Positions 25,093 through 34,077 of a stretch of 64,000 bases of DNA are shown here, piece after piece. The notes under the pieces are model-generated. The model made no database searches. It saw nothing but the letters and a program-made list of their open reading frames with translations, and was not told the origin of the DNA. Numbering within the stretch: the stretch's first letter is position 1; every line of letters starts with the position of its first letter. This stretch comes from Fimicolochytrium jonesii (Eukaryota), in NCBI RefSeq assembly GCF_025526975.1, contig NW_026515668.1, positions 1,798,001 through 1,862,000 on the forward strand, in the 5' to 3' direction. The translations under genes and the position numbers were made by a program.

Positions 25093-26319
25093 TTAACCTA
25101 TAATATCGACGGTTGCTCCAATCAAGATGGTGCGTTGTGAATAGACGGTTGTTTGCAATGCGACGGCGGTACTAGGGGCGGGTAAATTATGTGTCGTAAT
25201 TAGATGTACGTTTCCGGAGCCTCCAAGTAGGTTCAAAGCGCTACTGGAATCTTCATCTGCGCTTTGCCACGAATAACGCATTACGAACTGTTTGTTGTAA
25301 AAGTTATCGAGGTCCAGGTCTTCAGAGGCGTATGATGTATTGTCGTTCATGGAGAGGTTGCCTATCATAACCGTATCTTCTATTTGGAAATCTTCGGTCA
25401 AAGGTAATCTATATTGGCCTATCTGGTATCTCCATGACTTCAAGTTGGCTGTATCATAAATCAGAGATTTGTCCCCTGATGTAGTGGCGTATTTATTATC
25501 GTCTCTAAACCTATGTGTTAATCCGACGATCCGGCCGTTTGTGAGTGGGAGGATGAAATTGTTCTGTGACGCACCACTGCATACATTGGATAACTGCGAA
25601 ACTGAAACGACATCCATTTCCAGATATTTTCCTGATTTTATACCGGACCACAATGCGGACATATAAGTGGCACTCGGGGTCAAAAGTTGTGCTACATAAC
25701 GAAGATTTGAAACTTCAAAGTATACTCCAGAACCTATATTTGAAAAGGCACTCTGCGGGGTATTCAAAGTGAAAGTTAATTCCACTGATTGATTTGGTAA
25801 AATAGCTAGTGGAATCGGGTTTCCGTTCAACGGCCTCATGGACCCTGCCAACAAATGGTGTTTGAATGTGAAAGTTCCGTTCGGATTTTTGAAAGCATCC
25901 GGGTTACCTGCACCTTCGTTATATTTTAGGTATTTTCGTTTTTCTGCCTCCACAAACTGGAGAGTGTCCGCAACAAAACTTGGCATATCTTCAATTTCGT
26001 CAACAACTTTTCCGCCAAACTTTATGTTCATCGTTCGGAAGCAAGCCATCGCCCCGATTTGAGAAATCTGCGCATCCGTGACGGGGCTGCCATCCGCGTT
26101 TTTAACAGAAATTGTTCCCGATAGATACGAACGTTGAGGTCTCAAAAAGGAACTATTGGAATCAACTACGATCTTTATAGCATTTCCAGGTGATTTTGAA
26201 CTAAACGTCTCCTTGATTGGGCCATAAATCGCAATATTTTCGCTGAGAGCGTCTGAATGCATCGAAAATTGTCTGCTACTATAGATCCGGTTTGAAGGAA
26301 CAACGGGATTTGTTGACAT
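25093..26319 (-). CDS. Major capsid protein (double jelly-roll, PLV-type), intact, 408 aa
   Basis: N-terminal pattern SPGNAIKIVV...FLRPQRSYLSGTISV...FRTMNIKFGGKVVDEI resembles PLV/virophage MCPs. Beta-rich, appropriate size, adjacent to penton and ATPase. Confidence 0.82.
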   Translation of the reverse strand: MSTNPVVPSNRIYSSRQFSMHSDALSENIAIYGPIKETFSSKSPGNAIKIVVDSNSSFLRPQRSYLSGTISVKNADGSPVTDAQISQIGAMACFRTMNIKFGGKVVDEIEDMPSFVADTLQFVEAEKRKYLKYNEGAGNPDAFKNPNGTFTFKHHLLAGSMRPLNGNPIPLAILPNQSVELTFTLNTPQSAFSNIGSGVYFEVSNLRYVAQLLTPSATYMSALWSGIKSGKYLEMDVVSVSQLSNVCSGASQNNFILPLTNGRIVGLTHRFRDDNKYATTSGDKSLIYDTANLKSWRYQIGQYRLPLTEDFQIEDTVMIGNLSMNDNTSYASEDLDLDNFYNKQFVMRYSWQSADEDSSSALNLLGGSGNVHLITTHNLPAPSTAVALQTTVYSQRTILIGATVDIIG

Positions 26320-26374
26320 TATTTTAAGTTATAATGGTTTAACATATCTCTTAGAAAAAAATAATCGAGGTCCA

Positions 26375-26845
26375 TCAACGTCCACCGAAGATTCCCATAT
26401 ACGGGTCATCATCTGCTTCGGGAGGATCAAATTCTACAAACGTGTTTTCCTCCACAGAGTCGTCTTTGTACGCAGCAGGTTGAAGCGCTTTCGGCATTCG
26501 ATTGATTTTTGCTATACGCTCTTGTCGCTTTTGTTCAGCGATTTTCTTTTTTTCCGCTTCATATTTCTCAATTATCTTTCTTGCTTCGTCTTTTTTAGAT
26601 TCTTTTGCCCTTTTGTCTTGCTCCTTTTCCTGTTCTTTATCTGCTTTCTCTTTTAGTTCCTTCATCTTCTTCAAGTTCTCGGTACGTTTCTCTTGCGCTC
26701 GACGCATTGCTTCGATCTGCTTTTCAGATCGCGGCTTTTTGACCTTCACCTTTTCAATAACAGCCTCGGTGATCGGGTCGTCAACAATTGGTTTTTCTTC
26801 CTGTACAGGAGGGTTTTCAGTAGATGCGCTTTTGTTTTCTGACAT
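26375..26845 (-). CDS. Charged coiled-coil viral protein (KKPRSEKQIEAMRRAQEKR)
   Basis: Intact ORF between penton and MCP, carrying the shared upstream motif. Confidence 0.7.
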   Translation of the reverse strand: MSENKSASTENPPVQEEKPIVDDPITEAVIEKVKVKKPRSEKQIEAMRRAQEKRTENLKKMKELKEKADKEQEKEQDKRAKESKKDEARKIIEKYEAEKKKIAEQKRQERIAKINRMPKALQPAAYKDDSVEENTFVEFDPPEADDDPYMGIFGGR

Positions 26846-26886
26846 TTTGTTCAATGTTTTACTGTACAGAAGAGAAAAAAAATTCG

Positions 26887-27637
26887 TTATACAACGAGGT
26901 CACTAGGGTCGTCTAAAATTCCCAGATGAACTGTTATTGGAGCGGATGTTCTCACAACTTGCAACGATGCACTATCGACGATTTGGAAATCAATTTGATT
27001 GAGTGTAAGATCTTCGGCTCGATGAAAGTTGTCACTCGGGTTGACCCATGTCAAGATATCTCCATACGAATCAGGATTTAATCGCTGCTAAACAATTGAT
27101 GTCCGAGTCAATACCAGCCGGATAAAGAATCGCTCCATTTGTCTGTAGAGTCCTTGAAGTTATTAGAATTGGTTGTGATGCGGATAGATTGAGTGTGTTT
27201 GGAAATGTTATACTTGATCCATATCCGGTTTCATTCACTTTATCGATACCAAGTTGCAGAAAAGCGCTTGAACCACGGGATCCTCCGAGGATCTTGAACG
27301 TTTTACTTCCAGAGGTCGAAACAGTTAGTCTTCGAGTCACTCCATCGTAAGACACACTGTACGGTTGTGATCCCGCTGCAGTCATTGCGCTTCCAAGAGC
27401 ACTCAAAATGTTTGTTGAATCGTACGTCCCTTCGGGCAAAGTCGCTTTTCTTAAAGTCGTAGATCCCGACTCAGCAAAAACAACCGCGTTGTTAAAATCC
27501 GATGTCGCACTCCATGACTGCAGTAGAGATACCGAAATAAGTCTCCATGCATAGCACGGGACGGTATTTTGAAGACGAAATGTACAATTATTCATATCTG
27601 GTAACGTACCAGAATTGAGGATAATCTCTCGAAACAT
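26887..27637 (-). pseudogene. Minor capsid protein (penton, single jelly-roll) with a +1 frameshift near 27078
   Basis: Penton-like LPEGTYDSTNILSALGSAM...YSVSYDGVTRRLTV. Removing one A from ATTAAATCC extends the frame with NPDSYGDILTWVNP...LNQIDFQIVD...ITVHLGILDDPSDLVV* (about 249 aa). Confidence 0.78.
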
Positions 27638-27692
27638 CGATTTCTTATCTTTGGTATAATGTAAAGAGATTAATTTTACGAGTGCGCTAAAT

Positions 27693-28427
27693 ATGAGAAT
27701 TGCTAAACCGAAAATTCCTTCCGAATATCAGATACACATAAAGGACAAAACTCCGAGTGATTATCCAAAAAAGTTTTTCACATTAACGCTGGTGGGAAGC
27801 AGTAGGGCTGGAAAGACCACCTGTATTATCAATCTTATCCAGAATTGTGCAAAAGCGTATCAAACGGTGGTGGTTTTCTCTCCAAGTGCTGACTCACCGG
27901 AATGGACAAGTTTGAAGAAATGCGATAACGTTTACATGTCCAGCGTTGTATCAAATCATATTCTGAACAACCTTTTTGAGAAACAGAAACTACTTTATAA
28001 ACAAGATAAATCCAAAAATCATATGCTGTTAATTTTGGATGATTTTGGTATCCTCGCAAAAGAAAACGGCCCCGCAATTGGAAAGGAACCTAAAGAACCG
28101 GAACTGATATCGAGCGGGGTTAGGCAAATGCTGGATTTACTGTACTCCAGGGCGAGACATAATGGAATGTCGGTTCTCTGTTCTCTTCATGATACAAAAC
28201 AACTCACACCGTTACAAAGAGTCAACAGCACTCATTGGATATTGTACAGATTGAACCAAAAGCAATACGAAAAGATTGCGGGTGAGATTCGCTGTCATTT
28301 GTCCGAGTCGGAGTTTGTAGATTTAGCCGAGAGATATACTGTCAATCCTTACCATGCGCTCTACATAGATTTGAAAAGCCCGACAAACGAAGGAGTCTTT
28401 AAACAATTGCAACCAGAAACGCATTAA
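27693..28427 (+). CDS. A32-like (FtsK/HerA superfamily) DNA-packaging ATPase, intact
   Basis: Walker A GSSRAGKT, Walker B LLILDD, arginine-finger segment SRARHNGMS and downstream LTPLQRVNSTH. Confidence 0.92.
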   Translation: MRIAKPKIPSEYQIHIKDKTPSDYPKKFFTLTLVGSSRAGKTTCIINLIQNCAKAYQTVVVFSPSADSPEWTSLKKCDNVYMSSVVSNHILNNLFEKQKLLYKQDKSKNHMLLILDDFGILAKENGPAIGKEPKEPELISSGVRQMLDLLYSRARHNGMSVLCSLHDTKQLTPLQRVNSTHWILYRLNQKQYEKIAGEIRCHLSESEFVDLAERYTVNPYHALYIDLKSPTNEGVFKQLQPETH

Positions 28428-28943
28428 AGAAAAAATTGTGGACTTAAAGTATAAGATGTTTGATAACATTTTCTATTTGCCAAATTCGCTAACCAAAGAA
28501 TCTTTTGACAAACTTATCACAGGATAGGCTTTGGTTAGATATGCCGGAGGACGTAAGGACGAGAACTTTACAACAATGTAAGGAAGAAATAGTTGTGAAT
28601 ATCGTTCAGTCGCATTTGGACAAGCAGGTTCCAGTCAAAACTCCAAGAAGAACAAAGGCCGCTTGAAGATTTTTAAGATCTCCGTCCTAAATATGACGTA
28701 AAACTATTATCCTGCAAGTTGAGCAACAAAGACAACTTCCGCACGGCCAACTCCTGAACAAATAATGCCATTTACTATTTGGGTTGTGCTTTTCAGGCTT
28801 TTCGAATCTTGCCTATATAGTATGACCTCTTGACTGAGCGCTCATTGCCCGAGAAAAGGTTCAGGTATTTTTATCAATTTTTACCGAACAATGACAAAAA
28901 ATTGACCACAACATTAATTTGTGGTCAATTGATAAACAAACTA

Positions 28944-30257
28944 ATGGCTCCTCCTTTAACCGAAGAGCAATTGAGATTCATCAACGATCTTTACTACAAG
29001 AAACATAATATACAGGGTCGGGATAGACTGTTTTTTCTAACTCAAAAACTCGGGTCGGACATCTCCAGACGCCAAATAATGGATTACCTGGATAAGCAAG
29101 AAATCCATCAGAAATTCACTCGCCCGCTCTGATTTACTGGCGTCAGAGCGATTGTCTCCACCAAGCATGGATCATTCCAAGCGGATACTTTAGCAATGGA
29201 AAGTGAAAGTTATCGCGGTTTCACGGCAATCTTTTCAATGATAGATACTTTCAGTAGAAAGTTATACGCGAAGCCGATACGTACAAAATCCGCTGCCGAA
29301 TGTACCCGAGTCCTCCGAGAGATTCTCGCACAAAATCCTAATATTGTCTTTGATCGATTGCAAACCGATAACGGAACCGAGTTCCAAAATGTTTTTTCAG
29401 AACTTCTTCGGGAGCAAGGAGTGCGACATGATGTCCCTCGTCCGGGTCAACCGTTTTCTAACGGACTTATAGAAAGAAGCAATTTTGCGGTACGAAAAGC
29501 ATGCGTAACTTATATGGAAACGACGGGGAAAAGAGATTGGCCAGACATGCTAGACAAACTGGTCGATAATTTGAACAATACATTCAACAGTACAACAAGA
29601 AAAAGTCCAAACGAACTGGAGGAAACCGCTGCAGATTCGGAAATTCATAAACAGGCTGGGGAGAACATTATAAACAGAGCAAATAGATCAGTACAAACTC
29701 GTGGAGCGACCTTGCTCCATGAGGGCGACAAAGTTTGTAGAGTACTCCAATATTCTGGAAGCGGTATCAAGAAAGCGTCGCGGCTCGGATATTTCGACAT
29801 AAACAATTTGTATGAAGTGACATCCGTTGTTCAAAGTCCTTACCCGAACGCGTTACCGAGTTATAAACTCAAAGACGCAAACGGAACCATACTCAAAGGA
29901 TTGTGGTCGCGAGCGCAACTTCTCAAAGTTCCGTTCAGTGATCATCGTATCGATAGGAGACAAATTTTAGACGAAGACGACAACAGACAAGATGGTGGAG
30001 AAGATGCTCCGGCAAACATAGAAGAAGAGGACGAGGAAGAACATCCTTCCAGACGTTCGGGACGAATCAATAAAGACAGAGAATACGAAGTGGAGTACAT
30101 TATTGATAATAGAAGAGTCAAAGTGGGAAGACGAACATTCATTGAATATCTAGTAAAATACAAAGACTATCCTATCGAACAAAGTACTTGGGAACGTGTG
30201 AGCAACATAAATGCGCCAGATCTAATTCGAGAATTCGAGAATCGTAATAGGCGCTAG
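28944..30257 (+). pseudogene. Polinton-type RVE (DDE) integrase with C-terminal chromodomain; one in-frame TGA at 29130-29132
   Basis: ORFs 28830-29132 and 29196-30257 share a frame. DDE motifs FQADT, LQTDNGTEF, NGLIER; chromodomain EYEVEYIIDNR...EYLVKYKDYPIEQSTWE. Confidence 0.9.
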
Positions 30258-30263
30258 GTCAAA

Positions 30264-31256
30264 TCATTTCTTGTCAAAGATCAAAGACTTGTATCGATTA
30301 TAGTATTGTTGATGAACCGAGTAAGTATGATCGAGTCTTTTCTCAATTTTCCTTTGATATTCCAAGTCGCCATTGTCCTTCTCGCTCAGATAGATACCGA
30401 GACTTTGACGAAATCTCCAAACAGTCAAACGGCGCTTTTTGAACATTTTTTCCATAACATCCGCGAATCTATTCAGAAACCATTCATCTGTTGGATCGCC
30501 TCCGTTCTGTTTGCAGAAAAGGTAGTTCTGACCGGCCTTTTGTCGAGCCTCCATAAGCATTTTCGCATACTTTCTCCCGTTACCTTTCAGATTGATTTCG
30601 TGGGAACGACCTGTCTTGTTTGCATCTTTGACAACTATTTTAGAACAGTCACTCTCAATGTAAACATCCGCGTTTTGATCGAAACATGTGGTGGAGATAT
30701 CCCCTCTCAACATTTTATCGCTTGACCAAAATATGATCAGGGCAACAAGCATTTGATTCTTGATAATATTCTCACTTGTAAGCGTGGAAAGGACTTCTTT
30801 GATTTTGCCGACTATATCAAGAAACGGAACATAGTTTTCAAGATCCAGTTCGGTCATTTTTTGTTCATCGTTTCCCTTTTGGCGTTTCTCTTTTTCTTCA
30901 GGAGAAAGGGACATCTTGGTGAAGTGTTCGAGGATATCCTCATTGAATTGCTTATCGACCATCTCGTCGCTAAGATCTTTTTCATTATCAAAAAGAATCC
31001 GCTTTTCTTTAGCGCTCATATTTCTAAGGACTTTCGAGAGAAACTTCACTTTATTGGCGCGGGTATGCTTATTCGACCATTTTTTCTCGATTGACGAAAG
31101 TAGATCTTTAGGCTTTTTTACAAGATGAAGTTGATCGCTCAGTACGTTACAGGACGAAACCATGGATCTGTGATCCTTATTGCTGTCCTTAATGCGATTG
31201 AGCACACTTAGGCAGAATTTATGGTTGAAAGCGGGGTTTTGATTGTTGTCTGACAT
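30264..31256 (-). CDS. Tyrosine recombinase-like protein (PLV-type), intact, 330 aa
   Basis: Catalytic-type residues in order: LRGD (R), NKTG (K), WRFRQS (HxxR position, His absent), LDHT...QQYY (H, Y). Confidence 0.7.
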   Translation of the reverse strand: MSDNNQNPAFNHKFCLSVLNRIKDSNKDHRSMVSSCNVLSDQLHLVKKPKDLLSSIEKKWSNKHTRANKVKFLSKVLRNMSAKEKRILFDNEKDLSDEMVDKQFNEDILEHFTKMSLSPEEKEKRQKGNDEQKMTELDLENYVPFLDIVGKIKEVLSTLTSENIIKNQMLVALIIFWSSDKMLRGDISTTCFDQNADVYIESDCSKIVVKDANKTGRSHEINLKGNGRKYAKMLMEARQKAGQNYLFCKQNGGDPTDEWFLNRFADVMEKMFKKRRLTVWRFRQSLGIYLSEKDNGDLEYQRKIEKRLDHTYSVHQQYYNRYKSLIFDKK

Positions 31257-31412
31257 TATTCTCTATTATAAACGTGTATATGTTTATACCAGAAAATAGT
31301 TCTATGGCCGATATAAAAAATCGGCCTACTTATGCTTAATTGGATGTCATCGAGATTACGATCCTATTACAATTAAACTCGGTAAGTTGATATGATTTAA
31401 GTCATGATGATG

Positions 31413-33017
31413 TCATGACACATCGGAGTCACCTTTTCCGTTTTTGGACAAGTCCTTCATTTTCCTCCCAGATAGCAAATCTGTGCGGCCATTCAATTTT
31501 GCGATGTAAGTCAATTGCTTCTCGCCCTCTCCCTCGATAATGATCTTGACTATGTCGATCAAGAAGGAGATTCTCGAACGGGGCTTTGTGCAATAATGTG
31601 GATGCATTTGAGCCCATATTGGATGCGTTACATCTACCCAAGGGTGGAAATAATCGGCAAGATCCCGGATTTTAACTTGACCCGATTGAGATTCGGTTGT
31701 CACATTATCGAGGAACTCGAAAAACCAATCCGTGCGAAATCCGTCGATTTCGGAGGGAACTTTTTTGATATTGCTCTCGCCAGACATCTTGTCGTTCAAG
31801 ATGATGATGTTTTTGTTCATGTCGCCAATCGCATCCGTTATGCCATCGAATCCCTTTTTCAATTCTTGCAGAAGCATTTCGGTCATACTCTGATCCCCCA
31901 AAACACTGGAATTTCCACTGCTTTTAACCATCGCGCTGCTAGATGACTCTCCACGATCCACTGGTAACGAGAAGAAGAAAATAACATTCTTGTCAATACA
32001 ATTCGCGTGATGGAATAGATTGAGTAGGTACTACCTTTTGAACGCTTCACGGCAGGAGTGAATGTGTCAGGTTGTGCTGGTCGTTTACCCTCACGTCTAT
32101 CGGCTGCGGCCTTTCTTTTTTGCTCCATTCTTTCCTGTTTCATCCGTTTTGCAGCAGCGCGATCCTGAGCCAGCCTTTCCCTTTTCTCTTCTTTTTTCTT
32201 CTGCTTTTCATGAATTCTTCGCATTTGTTCCTCCAGTGACAATCCAGACCCATTCTCGTTGTCACTCAAATCTTCGTCGTCAATGTCATCTTTGCTATCA
32301 TCATCACCATCATCTTCGGAATCGGAATCGGTGGGTGATCCACGAGATTGCCGCGAGGGGTACTTATTATCGCCAGAAGGTTCAATAGACACTTGACGTG
32401 AATTCTTTTTCACTGTTTGCTGCTTGGGAGGTGATAAATGACGACTACTTTCTGGGTTTTCGTACTCCGGTCGGTTCATGCCAGTAGCATCGTTGTCCGA
32501 ATTATCATCCGAAGTGCTCACATACGGTTTGCTGAACACGGATTTGCTTCCACGACGTTTACGAGGAGTTGACTGACCACTCCGTTGTTCCCCTTCACTG
32601 TTCCTTCTGGAAGATATCTTCTCCTTTTCAACTTTGTTTTCCAACTCTTTCATCTTCTCCTTCGCTTTCTGAATCTTTTCGAATGCTTTCCGTTCCCTGG
32701 CTGCGATTTGTTCTTGCATTTTCTTTAGTTGTTCGTCCGCAGTGCGCCTTTTCCTTTTGGCTTTGCCGGATTGATGGTTTGTATCTTCTGTACTCGCAAT
32801 CTCAGCAGGTGCAGGTTCGGTTATTTTGACAGAATTGTTTGTCCCTGTGAAAAGGACATTTTGCTCGGTATCAGATTCCGTGGAAAGCAGTTCATTTTTG
32901 TCGATTCCAATTGCTACAAACCGCAACAAAAAATCGTGAGTATAGCCTGGGATCAAAGTATCTCGAAATTTGCGATTCTTACAATCTGTTTCGTCGTGTC
33001 CTTCTCTGAACGACATT
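31413..33017 (-). CDS. Two-exon viral protein: charged low-complexity region plus C-terminal D5-like winged helix; intron 31961-32034
   Basis: AAAAG|GTAGTA...ATTGAC...TTTTCTTCTTCTCGTTACCAG|TG joins ORF 31883-33154 in frame to ORF 31413-31961 (KRSK-V-DRGES). The start codon is uncertain. Confidence 0.65.
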
Positions 33018-33285
33018 GATAAAGTTACAGGTCTTATTGATGTTTGTGGAATGTCCAGTTCGGTGTTTATTCCAGTCTCGTTTCTCAAATCCACCCGGTG
33101 AATCTTCCAAGAAACTGAATGATTTCCGCAGCGACCTGGTATTACTTTAAACACGAAACGCGCTCTCTGTCCACATTACATTCGGACGGTGAATGCGAGC
33201 GACACTAAGACGTACGCTTTCCCTTTCTCGAATCCACTTTCAAAGTTGGATATTGCACTTTCCGATAAGCATTACTGCATTCAAA

Positions 33286-33510
33286 ATGGATAATATCCCT
33301 ACATACAGTCCCAGCGTAAAAGCGCTCACAAACGATACCGAATCGCTTGCAGCAAATATCGGCGAACTTCTGGAATCCGACAATTTAAGTGAAGATGTTC
33401 GCTTTCATTTGGAATCTTTTCGAGTTCACTTAACGGAACACCTTGCAAAGGCCCAAGCCTTGTCGGTTTCTTGGGACAAGATCTTGGAACTTGCGTCCAA
33501 AAAATGGTAA
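33286..33510 (+). CDS. Small helical viral hypothetical protein (74 aa from MDNIPT)
   Basis: ORF starting at CAAAATGG in the packed viral region. Confidence 0.5.
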   Translation: MDNIPTYSPSVKALTNDTESLAANIGELLESDNLSEDVRFHLESFRVHLTEHLAKAQALSVSWDKILELASKKW

Positions 33511-33569
33511 AATTGCGTTTGCTCATTATTTAAAGCAATCGACAGAGTAACTTATAACTTCTTTTTATT

Positions 33570-33773
33570 ATGCCCAGAGAAACGATCCGTGGACGGCCTA
33601 TGAAGCACCCGTCAAATGGAAGACCCCTCATTCCACCGAGAACACGAAAATGCAAGGAAGAAACTTGCAATGAAATTATTCCATTTCAACCCAGACGGAT
33701 GTACTGTTTAACCCATTTCATGAAAAAAATTGAACTCCCAGTTGGGTTTCAACTTGAACCGGATAGCGATTGA
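33570..33773 (+). CDS. Small putative zinc-finger protein with AT-hook-like RGRP
   Basis: C-x4-C-x12-C-x2-H (CKEETC...CLTH) and N-terminal RGRP. Confidence 0.55.
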   Translation: MPRETIRGRPMKHPSNGRPLIPPRTRKCKEETCNEIIPFQPRRMYCLTHFMKKIELPVGFQLEPDSD

Positions 33774-33778
33774 TGTTC

Positions 33779-34009
33779 TCACCCGTTGTCCACCTTTTTC
33801 ACCTTCCGAGTAATGGAGATGTTTCTTGCAGATCGGCATGTTGGTTTTCGAGCGATAATGTCCAGAACTGTACATTGGCACAGATTCAGTTTCTTTGCCA
33901 AGTCGCGAAGGCTCTTTCCATCGATTTGTTTAATTTCTCTGTCATAAAAGGATATGTCCGCTGTATATGTGAACGGACTAAGCATTTCCGATGTTGCTTT
34001 ATTAATCAA
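33779..34009 (-). CDS. Small helix-turn-helix protein
   Basis: KSLRDLAKKLNLCQCTVLDIIARK fits an HTH pattern; divergent from the replicase gene. Confidence 0.5.
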   Translation of the reverse strand: MINKATSEMLSPFTYTADISFYDREIKQIDGKSLRDLAKKLNLCQCTVLDIIARKPTCRSARNISITRKVKKVDNG

Positions 34010-34077
34010 TATAAATATTATGAAATCACCTGCGTTTAAATGCCATTTAAAGTATTGATTGTATTAAGAATAAAGCA

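Noticed and set aside
28430..28830. Possible small genes between the ATPase and integrase
   Set aside because: Only short interrupted frames are present; no product can be supported.
18911..29132. Both in-frame stops in viral genes are TGA, suggesting an alternative genetic code or readthrough
   Set aside because: The fibre TGA sits at a consensus Gly position, not Trp. TGA also ends other viral ORFs (e.g. 26375, 30264) and TGG codons are used. Point mutation is simpler.
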